NCBI GenBank assembly: GCA_025201805.1
Contig: MU619370.1
Coordinates: forward strand, 30,172 to 88,004
Length of the DNA: 57,833 nt
Source: Parasitella parasitica NRRL 2501
Taxonomy: Eukaryota > Fungi > Mucoromycota
Reading direction: 5' to 3'
The position numbers and the translations under genes are program-made. Position 1 is the first letter of the stretch; every line of letters starts with the position of its first letter. A model generated the notes under the pieces. It had not been told where the DNA came from, made no database searches, and saw only the letters and a program-made list of their open reading frames with translations. This document shows positions 38,571 through 50,844 of this stretch, in pieces.

Positions 38571-41133
38571 TTAGTTTGGACCACTAGCTCTACGATACAT
38601 ATGTTGATCTTGTTGATGACGAAAATTGATTGCATATTGCTGCTGTTGTTGTTGTGCTCTTTTTTGTTGCTGCTGCTGTTGGTGTTGCTGCTGCTGCTGC
38701 AATAATTGTTCGTCCGTGATATAGGAAGTGGTAGGAAATACATTGGTTTGTTGAGAGGCGTTTTCCAGTTGATACGATGTAAACATATCATGATTTTGTT
38801 CGTCGGGCTGCTGTTGAGGCTGAGTTGAAGACACAAACTGCTGCATCATTTGAGAGGACGACGATGATGGTAAACCAGTAACTGAGGATGGTCTCGAAGG
38901 ATGCTGTTGCTGTTGCAGAGGATCTCTAAATGTATTATATCGTTGCTTGCCTATTTGCAATATGTAAGTGTGATGGTATCATCAGCAACAACTCGATTTT
39001 CTTACCGTCGTTTTCATCCATTATATTTTGCAATTGAGAGAATGTGGAAGGATATGCAGTAGGACGAACAATAGGTTGTTGCTCGATAGGTGGACCGCGA
39101 GGCATTGAAATAGATTGAGCTCTCATTACTGTTGGAATCGACGCACCAAATGTGACAGAATGAGGTCGTTCTTGTTGATGGTTAATAGAAGGTGATCTCA
39201 CGGGCGGTTGATTCATAAAAGAAGGGTCGTATATCATATGTTGTGGTAATTGCTGCTGCTGTTGTTGCTGTTGCTGTTGTTGTCTACTGTTACCGCTATT
39301 ATTTGCACTTATTGTAGGGTATACGTTATCTACTTGAGGAGAGAACGATGGCTGATGATGAGATGTAATAAAGTTACCACTATGCGCCGCCGCCGCTGCC
39401 GCCGCTGCTGCTGCTGCCACAGACATGGAGCCATCTTGGTTATAAAACAAATTTGGACCAGTTGCAGAAGATGTTGGAGCGATACGGTTTGGTGTTGAAG
39501 AGTTATATTGTGTGTGCATTAGTTGCTGTTGCTCCAGGTTGATATCATTAGGTGTGTTTGTGGTAATTGATGGTGTAAACATCATCGTTTGAGAATTGGA
39601 AGGTGAGGATTGAGTTGACATATCATCTAGTTCATCATCCATAATCGAAGAAGCAATCTGACGAGATAACTTTCTAGCAGGTGTGTCCAAATCCATAGAC
39701 TCATCATTGTCTTCTTCAGGTGCAAATAACGCTCTTGATCTTCTTCTTCGTGGTTCTCGATGATGCTGTGCTGAATACTGTAACATTGGATTTGGGTTTG
39801 ATGGTCTTTGCATATCGAAAATTGCCCGCCTAATGTCTCCAACTGAATTTTGACTGTACATCTTGACATGGAGGGCATGCTCCGGAATAGGTACGGCTAA
39901 GAAGCCTTTAGGTATGGTTTCGAAAGACTTCTTTTGGTTGATGGCAGAGGGTCTTTGTATCTATATCAAGAAAATGTGTTATTATTAACCATTACTACAT
40001 ATTTATAAAACAAGGACAAAAAAAAGCATACATCTTGGCTAATTGATTCTTCAGTCTTCTTGGAGCTACCGCTGTTTGTAGGACTATTACTGTTGCTTTT
40101 TTCCTCACGCTTACTTGCGCTGCTCATTGAAGCCCTTTTTAATCTGTTGTCTATTTCTTCGTGTAGTACAGAAAATGATGATGGATTTGCTAGCGTAGTC
40201 GTTAAAGCTGTAACGGGATCTCCTAAGGTAGCAAATGGCATAGGTACAGGCATCGTCATTGAGTTGCTATTAACATTGGCAAATTTGCAAGTATCCTCCA
40301 AAAGTGCAAGCAGTTTATTTTCCACATAGTGAGACAAATCTTCGCTGCCAGCATTGACCATGCAAATTTGAGCGCTGAGGTTGACGAGACGAATTGCCCG
40401 TAGTGCTGTATCACGTTGTTTCATCTTTTGACGTTCCTCTGAAAGTCTGTTATAAAATCTACGATCGTCCCAAGAAATATCAGGGTACTGTTCACGCACT
40501 CTTTGTCGAATCTCGTTTGTTGGAAGTCGTTGCCGTGCTAATTCGAATATCTTTTCAGATACTTCTCGAGGCCATTCTTTCTTTATTTCATCTGGTTTTA
40601 ATAGAGGATGGTTGTGAATAAAGGCATCAGCGTTTTGAGATTTACGAAACTCCCAAGTTTCTTGATTGTTTTCAAATAAAACAATACGCCAACGGCATTC
40701 GCATCTTTGAGATTGTCGATTTCTTTGTGGATTTACTTTTGGGTTTCGATGAGAATCGGGTAATCCTTCTCTTGAGCAATAAACATATATATTCTAAATG
40801 TATTATTAGCATACGCGCAGTTATGTGTGTATTACCCCCTCCCCCTTTTTTGTAGTCGTTACCTTGTGAGTACTTTGCTCTTGTTTGACAGTAAATCCAT
40901 GATTTGAACACAAATCTCTGCAGAAAATAATAGCCTCCGTATTCGACTTAAATGTTCTTGATAACAGCGTATCGTAAAATGTATCCAACTGGTCAAAAAT
41001 CATTAGTAAATGTTCTTTCAATGTGTATATTGATTATATTTACTGAATAAAATGGTTTGTCTGGGCTGTGATTTTGTGTGGGAACAGGGCTACCCGAGTC
41101 GACAGAGGTTCTTGTATTCTTTGATGTTGACAT
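38571..41133 (-). CDS. Transcription factor with a FAR1-like (WRKY-GCM1 superfamily, Mutator-derived) DNA-binding domain and Q-rich C-terminus
   Basis: F.S..EA..FC..HGFTVK..NIYVYCSREG..RCECRWRIVL..WEFRK..IHNHPL zinc-binding pattern. GT-AG introns join the ORF pieces; polyQ and polyA tracts. Confidence 0.82.
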
Positions 41134-42677
41134 ACTTTCACAAAACAAATGATATACGATTTAATAATCAAAAGTGTAGGGAAGAAAAGAGAAAAGAAGA
41201 GTTATTTTGCGTTTTTTTTTTCTTTTCAACTATGCTGTAGTTCTCTTTTTGGTAATTTTTTCTATGTCGTCCTTGATGGTATCCAAAGGTCGATGCCAAA
41301 TTCGAAAAGAGGAGCTCCTTGTACAATTGATCCTCTTTTTTTTAAAGTTTCTTAGATAACAGGATGTGGTGGAATATTGTTGAATAAAGAATAGATATTT
41401 TAGTAAAAAGAATCGCAATTCAGGTACCGGATTTCTTTTTGTCGTTAAAATATCAAGGCACCTTCTTTTCTAAAAAAAATAAAAATGTAATGGAATTAAA
41501 TGGATATAACTATCAAGCAATAAATATAATAAATATATAAAATCTTAGTTATTATATACAGAAAAAATTATGTAAAAAATCAGAAAAATAAAATAAAAAA
41601 AGAGGGAGGTAGGATAAATAAAATAAGAAAGAGAAGAAGAGCCAAATATTTTTTATTTGTGCTCTCATCACCTACTTTTCAATTGGGATAGAAAAAATAG
41701 CTTTTTATTAAGAGGGAACCATGGCCATGAAACAAGGCCAATTACAATGAACGAGGATGAAAGGGCTTTACTTTACAGTTTAGTGTTACGTCTTAGCTTC
41801 TAACCTGTCCCCAATTCTCCCTTTATTTACATGTAGTTGAAAGAAGATCAATCAAATGAATCAAAGGTTTATTTTTTTTTCTATAAAAACGCAAATTCAT
41901 TTAGGCAACCCGGTAAAATGTCAGTCTGATTTTTTTTTCTAACGTGTCAAAAAAAAAAAAGGTGAAACCACCCAAATGAAGGATTCCATCACTTTAAAGT
42001 AATAGTTAAAGACGCATTTCTGATCAAAAGAAATAGTGAGTATGCGGTATCTTAATTGCTTAATTCTGCTCCGTGCGTTTCCAGTTAATTTTATCATCTG
42101 TGAAAAGAAAATGAATGAAATGCTTGTTCCTATACTTAAATTATAATATTCACCATACGCCAACGCCCAAGAAGTTACTGGAAGTCATCAAATCTCGGGG
42201 CTATTTTATTGTAATTTTTCTGATCTGGTCTCATGAACTTTACAATGCAGATCACTTGGTTGCCATGTTGATCCTTTTCACGCTCATCATTTGTATTGCT
42301 ATGATAATGAACATCTCAGATTCTGATCTTACCATCGATACACCAAACATCAAACTTGACAAATGGGTGAAGATCAATTTAATGGTACTACTGATCATGA
42401 GGAACGTTACTTTCGAAGGCTCGTGTGAGAAAATGTATCTTTTATTCTAATTGGATTATGATTAATTAGGTGTTTAGGTGTACTTTGATGTAAATAATTA
42501 GGTGTTGAGGTTCTCCTTTTCAAATTAGACGAGATAAACACGGGTTGAAGAGAAGCCTGCATTTCCATTTTTATGAGTGCGGTTTGTCAAGTTTCATTCG
42601 GTGTATAGAAAAATCGGGAGAGAAAGTTAATTTTGGTTATTATGCTTTGTCTCACCACAGTGTAATGGTATTCATGC

Positions 42678-44077
42678 TTAGTATAGGCTTCCACAAAAAC
42701 TACGCATACCAGGTGTTTGACGCATGATTTTTAATAGTGTAGTTTGATAAGGCGAGAATGCGCCCGCATGCCATGAATCAAATTCTATAAATCCTCTTAA
42801 AAACAAGGGGAACGTATAACAAGCAAATCCCAACGTCCAGGCACGACGAAGCCAAATCATTATTGAGCTGTTTACCCAACTTTGCCCCTTGAAGGCCTTG
42901 GCAACGAATTTTTCAAGCATGACTGCGATACCATGAATAGAAAAAAAACACATTTCTTGTCCTATGAAGGTAGATTTGTAGCTTGCCAATCCAACATTGA
43001 CATAGACTAAATATTCATGCAACAAGCCAGAGATCATAAATACCGAAAGTGCAGCTACCATAATACCAAGTCTTCTAGCGTTCTTGACGTGATACTTGGT
43101 TAACAAACGTTCCATTAATATGCGAACCTCTTGAAATGGAAGGTTAAGCCAAGTTGGTTTAAGCGATTGATGCCAACGGAAAGACCAAATATCTCCTAGT
43201 GATGTGGCACAAATAGGGAACTCCATCAATCTACGCCACTGAGCTGTAATCCGAAGGTCATTAAAGTTATTAAGTTATACTAAACTTGATCACGCTTCAT
43301 ACATGTCTCCCTATTTACCTTTACAGTATGAACCCTTTTCGTACATTAGCACGTACGCAAGTTGCATAATATATCCATTAGCAACAAATCCACTACACAT
43401 AGCAACTAGAGCCATACAAAAAAAGCCAAAGAAGAAAAGGGGCTGAGAATGGTGCATTTGCATCAAATCTTCCTTGGTGAATGTCATGAACCAAGCACCG
43501 ATGGTGTCAGAAATAACAGCATGCACAATGAAATGAGGGATGATATGATAAAATTTCTATATGCCATTGCTGGCTCTATTAATCTTGCTCATTTGAAATC
43601 ATTCTACGTGTACTTACTCTATCCTTGACATATATTTTTTCTTCTTCTTTTGTCTTGGGAAACTTGCGCAAGCAAACCCAGAATTCTTCTTGTAAAAATT
43701 GCATAGAAGCATAGGCCTCTTTGCCTTGAACCACGGGTGCTACCCAGAAGAGATCGAGAAAGCGAAGAAAAGCCATAAAAGGAATAGTAGCACCGAGGAG
43801 ATTCCATGCTTTGCAGAAAAATGTTAATATCGTTGGCTATTTATTGTTAATTCTACAACTTACAACCACTCAACTCCATGTAAAAAATAGGAAACATTAG
43901 ATCAGCTATCAACAATGGAGTTGCTATAACTCTTTTCACGTTTGTTGACATGGCAGTTGGTTTGATAGAGGCTAATTTGTTCTGAGCGTAAAGTAACGCA
44001 GCAATCCAACCAAGGTAGTACGACGTACTGATGGGTATTCTGGTTGGGCCAGTTTCATAGTATGATGGTAACTTCAT
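42678..44077 (-). CDS. MBOAT-family O-acyltransferase (wax synthase / MBOAT_2-like)
   Basis: Multi-TM; P..ATSLGDIWSFRWHQ and VFMISGLLHEY motifs; four ORF segments separated by short introns. Confidence 0.88.
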
Positions 44078-44938
44078 TAACTTTTTGTAACAATTCTCCT
44101 TTAAATGTCTTTAACAAGGAGAAGAATAGTATGCTTTTAAGATAGTTTCTAGTAGTCTTTTCTTTATATTGTATGATTCTGAGCTATTTAAAGAACGAAT
44201 CCCCAAAAATTAGGGCAGAATGTCTCAAATTTCTTTTTTCTTTGTTCAAGTTGCGGCAACGAATGGAATAAAAGTATACTTTCTAAGAAGCAGAAGTAGG
44301 TATATAAAAGTTATATGAAATTAAACCTATACAGCGCAGTACCATGACATTTGTATGCATTTTAAAGCAAGCTTTTTTTTTGTTTTTGTAAATCAATCAT
44401 CGTTAAATGATTGAACTCATTTCACCATCAATGTTTTAGACTTTTGCCCGGCTGGCGACAATTATTGGGGCAAAGTTGCAGTTCACGGTTGTAAAATAAG
44501 TATACATTATTGTTTCAAGATATCTAAGCAAAATTAGTGTCAAATTATAACGATTGCTGATTCATTATTCAACAATCAAATAATGCACGAAATCAAAGCT
44601 CTGTCAATGCGGGATCACAGTAACCAACATTGCTTGAAGATAAAAAAATTCAGGTCAATGAGGTGATTTCTTAATTGTGTATGGTAGTAGTGCGCACAAC
44701 GATCTAGTATCAAGCCTAGTAGCTGATGGCGGTGTGGTAATTGGCTGCTGTTCTTTTGCTTGCGATTTTCGGTCAAGTGTTCTGTTCTCATCTGTCAATC
44801 GAACTAGATCTTTCGATAGTAATGTAAAATATTCCTCTCCTCCAATCAGTACGACGGGTATCTGTGTCCTATTTGTCCATGGTATCATAGATAAGGAGTT
44901 AATCGCTATATTAGGTACAATAATTCCTTCGTAGGATG

Positions 44939-45625
44939 TTTTTTCTTTTTTTTTTTTTAAAAAAAACAAATTGTGCCTATTATTGCTTGAGCCGCGTACT
45001 ATAGGGTATGAAGTCCTATCGAAGAGTCGGGTGCAATTGAGATAAAACATACTGAAATAGATATAAATAAAAGTGATACGAATAATAAGAAGTTAGTGAG
45101 ATAAAGAGAATGAGGAAACGATGTTAAAAAACAAGAAAAATAAAATGGCAATGCTAGCTAAAGAATTGTATGGAATTGGTCTTCCGCAATGGTCTGATGG
45201 ACAAAGGATCGGATACTAGCCAGAATTGCTGTTTGTACCATTGGCGTTTAATCAAAGATAAATCGCATATGAGCGAGCCAGAGTTGTGACGAAGAAATGA
45301 GGAGGATTTTGCATGGTTTGATACCAGTAAGTTTGCAATACCAGATATCAGTAAAACTCAGAGACGAAAGAGCCTCTTTGATATCGCTGATAGTCGTAGT
45401 AGGCCACAAAAAATCAGAAATCACACCTTGATAAACTTTTTCTTTGGTTGGACAGTGGAAGAGAAGATACTGTGTGTAATCATTGACAGTCAGGCATATA
45501 GGACAACGAGGAGAATCAAAACTGCAAGCATAATGTAATGCAAGAAACTGCGGTTTAGGATACTCCCAGCGATAAAGCGGTAAATAACATTTCGTTGGAC
45601 GTTTGTGGTAGTATGTTAGTCGCTA
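44939..45625 (-). mobile_element. 5'-truncated, decayed LINE (L1-like) 3' fragment: ORF2 zf-RVT C-terminus, 3' UTR, poly(A)
   Basis: Minus-strand translation VQRNVIYRFIAGSI..FLHYIM /frameshift/ FDSPRCPICLTVNDYTQYLLFHCPTKEKVYQGVISDFLWPT..LWLAHMRFIFD*..EDQFHTIL*. Terminal stop at 45158-45160, internal stop at 45248-45250, A-tail at 44939-44958. Confidence 0.82.
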
Positions 45626-46291
45626 TAATGATGAAACGGTAGCCAATTTATTTATCTTCAGATAGTCATCATGTATTCTTATTTCTAATAAAAATACTTT
45701 AAACAGAGTAAATCATTTTGAAAGTCGGATGAAACAGCTTGAAACTTTCAAAATTGAACTTCGTTAAGTAAAAAAAAGCAGTTGTATTTATTTTAAAGAA
45801 TTTGTACAATTGTATATAGCTGACATGTATCATAGTACAATTCATCAATTTGGTGTTGAAAACTTGGGAAAATATCAAGATTGACACTTTTCCTCTTAAA
45901 GGATTAGGGAAATAAAGGGTAGTTAACAACTTTCAAAGCAGCAAAAACGTCAAACACACGCTGCTTGAAATCCAAGTTTGTACCTGAATTGGTGAAACAA
46001 TGCCTATTTCGTTGTACGTTTGTTGGAACACGAGGCTTTTATAGGTCAAAATGAAAATGTTCGAACGCAAGACAATCTGACAGCATCGAATTTTGACATT
46101 TTTCTCTTTAAAAACAAAACTTTTCTAATGCTCACCTGTTTCACAATACATTCTCGCCTCATCTTGAAGAAATGTACAGTAATTCTTATATTTTTTTTTT
46201 TTTTTACGTAAAGGGCCAAAATTTATTAATAATTATATAGGGAAAAAAATTCGATAATTTATATATACATTTCGATGGTTAATTATTATAT

Positions 46292-48408
46292 TCAAGAAGA
46301 CTCTTCAGAAGATTTTTCACGTCCTTGCTCGATTTCATTTGCTTTCACATCAGCAGGAGTGATAACGCCGTGGCCACTTTGATCTTCAGCTAGGTTTTCC
46401 TTGAAATCTTTGTTGCGTTCCTCTTTACCAATCAAAGCTAAGAAAACTGTCAGACAAATGCGTATTTATAGTATATGCCCAATGCTTACTTATGATTAAT
46501 AACCCCGCACAAACACAACCCATGAAAATAGCTTGGGTTCGGCCATAATCAGCAATAGTTTTTCCCTGAGCATTCAGCTTGTAACTGCCATCGGCATTTT
46601 TCAAAGGATATCTTTCACCAATTATAGCTTCAATTTGACTTGAAGCAGCACTGATCTAATAAATCATTACGATAATACGTTAATGCTATCCTTGCTGCGA
46701 TATCTTACTACACTCACTAGATTACCCAGCTGATAGGCCAAACCGGGGATTAAGCCTCTGAATGCAGAAGGGGCTAGTTCGTTGATGTGTGCTGGGATAA
46801 CGCTATAGGTAAGCAAAGTGAGTATAAAAGGGATCGCCAGTTTGTTTATCGAAAAGAATAAAGAATATCTTACCCCCAGCCGCCTTGAACAAAGAATTGC
46901 ATAACAAATGCACCAAACTGCAATGATTGGATATTTGGAGCGTAAATCCACAGAGGAATGAATGCGCCAGCGCAGATTGCACAAATGCACAAAATAAAGC
47001 GACGGCCAAAGTAATTTGATAGGTAGCCAAAGATTGTGCCACCACAGATAGCACCAATATTCATAATGACATTTGTTACGGTCTGCTGAGTAGGAGTGTA
47101 GCCCAACTGTGCTGTGAGGAAAGTCGGATACAGATCTTGGGAGCCATGAGAGAAGAAGTTCATAAAGGCCATCAAAACAATCATGTAAATCATGCGCACC
47201 CAATGATTACGAACAGCCAATTTTGTCTCTGTCCACATTGATCTGCCCAAGATTTTGCGGGCTTCTTTTTGCTGTTCAAACGTCTCTGATTCTGGCACAC
47301 CAAATCTATTTTGCTTTTGTTAAAGGTTTTCATTGATTGCTACGATATATAATACATACCTAATAACAATTGCTAACAAAGCGAAACCTGCACCCACCCA
47401 GAACAGAATACGCCATGAAGAGCCAGTTTGAACAATGGCGTAATTGACGAGTGTAGCCAGTAAGTAGCCACAAGCATAGCCCTCCTGATAGATGCCTGAA
47501 AATAAACCACGAGCTTCAACTGGAAGCGCTTCTAAAGCCAAACTTGCGCCTAAACCCTAGTCCATACACAATATAAATATTTGCTATGCATGTACATATC
47601 TTCCTTTTCTGTCATATTACCCATTCACCGCCCATAGCAATGCCAAATACAGCACGAAGACCAATGAATGTTTGCAGATTGGGAGCGAAGCCACTGGCCA
47701 TGTTTATAACTGAGAATAACACAATGTCGATCATGAGGGGCCATCTACGGCCGAATTTGTCTGCTAACACACCAAAAATCAAGGCACCAATTGGACGCAA
47801 CATCTACAACACACAGTAAGTATTAGGACAAGGCGAGTTTTACATTGTAATAATTCCATACCAAAGTAGTAGTAATTGCGCCTAATTCAGACGACAAAAG
47901 GCTAATTTTAGTATGATGATAACTGAAAAGGATAAATTGTCCAAATGCTTACTTGTAACATCAGATGGTTGGACACCAAAATCCTCGGCTTTATAAAATA
48001 AATACATATTTGGTTATTTGGTTTAGTTTGCAATATACAGCACCACAACAATTACCAATACGAGTAGCTGACAAAGACACTGAAAAGAAATCAAATGCAT
48101 CCAATGTCCAGCCAAAGAAGGCTGATTTGATAAACTGAGTATTCATGGCTCCACGATACAATCAGGTACTTACCAGCCGCGAAGGTGATTCTTTGGGTAT
48201 TAGTTAAATTTGTCAATAAATGCCAGGCATTCTGTGTCTTTTCCGGTTTGGAATAAATGGAGTCCTTGAATCTGATAAAGATATTCTTTTTTTTTGGCTC
48301 TTCCTTGCCTGAGAACTCCTTGAAGCTTAGGTCATCGTTAGCAGGGCTTTCTCTTGAATGAACGCTCTTTTCAACCTGTTCGATTTTAGTTTCTTCAGAT
48401 TTAGACAT
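46292..48408 (-). CDS. JEN1: MFS carboxylate/H+ symporter, JEN1 family
   Basis: FFGWTLDAFDFF, LRPIGALIFGVLADKFGRRWP, GIAMGGEW, signature NFFSHGSQDLYPT; many short exons. Confidence 0.9.
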
Positions 48409-50114
48409 TTTGTATAGAAAATGAAAGAAAGAAAGGAGAAATGAAATGCCCTAGGAATTGTATTTATGTATGCTGTATGGAAACTTTGATCTCGTCGCTT
48501 AAATTACAGATAAAGTTTTGTCCTGTGTAACGGTTCTTTTTATTGTTGCAAATCGAATTTCCGAAATGAAAACAGCAATAATATCATTTCTCATAAGCGA
48601 TAGCATAGATGACAGTAAATCGTAAGCTGAATCGATATGCTTATACGGGAAATGCCTTGAACATGCATATCTCACTCCTCAATACAATTGTCGCAGGAAA
48701 CTAATAAAATGCGTGCATTTCTTGGTGTGGATTTTATTGGATTTTTTACACTCTATTGCCAGATAGTGTGCCAAATGGAGAAATATTAGATCATAACTTA
48801 TTTTTTCAGTTTTAGGTAACCCCAGATTCAGAGTTCTCAGTTTCATGTTATTTATGTAATGTAATATAGGTGACAAATATAAATCTTTATACATATGCCT
48901 GTCGGATTACCATCTTGATTTGGTTCAACTCGACATTTTAACGTGAATTAATCTTTTTCGAAGAAACAAATTGATGCGTCTGCTTGACTGATTTAATAAT
49001 TAAGCCAGCCTTATTGTTAATTATACGCTAGAAGATCTGTATGGGGAAAAGTTTTGGTAGGTATTCCTTCCTAATTTAGTTGATTTACCTTCGGACCGAA
49101 AAGACCATTATTATGCAGACAAAAGTTCATCACTAACAGAATCATATAAACAGTTAACATCTAAAAGTAGTTCCACAATAATGTTACTTTGATTCAGGCT
49201 TTAAAGGATTGTCTGAATGTGTTAATTTATCCTTCTTGATAAGTTTGTTGCACACTCTAGTATCATATAAAATGAACTATCATAGTGTTAGTGTATATGT
49301 CCTTTATGAGCACGAGATGGTGTTACAACTATAATAGCCATAAGCCTAAATGACACACTGAAACTCACTGATCCTGGGAATAGGGTAAAATTATAAGCAG
49401 TTGCAAATTCCATAGATTTCTCCCTTGCAGACATTAACTGCAACATATTCTTTGAATAGTATAGACCAAGAATTATCTACATGTACGTAAGCTTGCATAA
49501 TGGAGCCAGATGACCTCTATGCAGTGCAGTATAATGCCACGCGAGGTTTGAGTGGTATACGTCTAAAAATAACGCCGAACTAGATTCCCACGTTACGCAT
49601 ACCTGGTTATTAAACGTTTTATCCGTCGTTATTGAATCCAGAGAAGACATTATAGATTTGATGTAATGAGACTTTGCTTGTTAATATACATGTATGAATA
49701 TACGTGCTGCTTTTATTGGTCACTTATATAGAAAAATACAGATAATTGTCAAGCTATTTTACAGAATGGTATTTACTTGATAAACTGGTTATACAGCCAT
49801 AACAATGATGCAACCGTATTCTAACTGTATTGTCTGGACAACAGATGTAATTTCAAGAAAAAAGAGCCGTCTCTACAGATTCGTAGATATATGATACAAC
49901 TTGATAATCTTCTTTTAAGCTTTAGAAGGACAACGGTTGTAGCTACTGCTGAGTATTCACAACATGATCTGCTACAAACGACAACTCAGGAACAGCATAA
50001 AACATGAAAAATTGTCACATCGTTAAGGGCTTATAACTTTTTTTTTAGTATGATGCTTTCGACATCAAAACAGTTCTTCCACATTCTTATTCATAAAAAT
50101 ATAGCATAACAACA

Positions 50115-50600
50115 ATGTCAGGCCAAGAGTAAGTGCACTAAATACCAACTAAAAATGCATACTAACAATTTTTGATAGCATAACTGTAAGTTTCTGACTA
50201 ATTTTTTTTTTAATTATGTAGACACAAATAATTGATCTTGTTAGCATTTACAGATGGAAGAAAATGTCATGATTCTCGAAAAAGGAACCCAAGATGAGCC
50301 CACAGAAAGCAAAGTGAAGCAAACAACTCCTTACATGACAAGATATGAAAAAGCAAGAATATTAGGCACCCGTGCTCTTCAAATCAGGTATACTTTTTTG
50401 ATGTGGCTTTATTAATCCATTCACTGATACGTATGTCTAGTTTAAATGCTCCTGTCATGGTTGAGCTTGATGGAGAATCCGATGCGCTAGTCATTGCCAT
50501 GAAAGAGTTGCGAGAAAAGAAGATTCCTCTGATTGTTAGACGATTTCTTCCTGATCAAACCTTTGAGGATTGGGATGTAAAGGATTTGATTGTGGATTAA
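50115..50600 (+). CDS. RPB6: DNA-directed RNA polymerases I/II/III subunit RPABC2
   Basis: [56 protein letters not shown]. Proposed exons 50115-50128, 50179-50185, 50254-50387, 50441-50600. Confidence 0.93.
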
Positions 50601-50844
50601 ACTTTGTCGTAGTACAGCTTTCTTCTTCTCTCGATACATACATATGCACTTACATATACACACATTACATGCACTTTTTGCGATCCTGGACATTCGTCAG
50701 ATGACATTAGAAATTTTGGAGTAGTGGCAACAACGAAATCAAAAACATCTGCCTTCTAGACGTAATAAAATTTTATTGTTTATTCTAATACGTGCATTTA
50801 TGCTGCTGGGGTCATATTTTGTATACATGAATGAGGATATGCTA

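Noticed and set aside
42115-42450. 111-aa hydrophobic ORF / decayed minus-strand frame
   Set aside because: No motifs or gene-like context; probably spurious or a relic.
44655-45050. 131-aa minus-strand ORF
   Set aside because: It reads through the LINE 3' UTR and poly(A) into flanking DNA, so it is a chimeric artefact.
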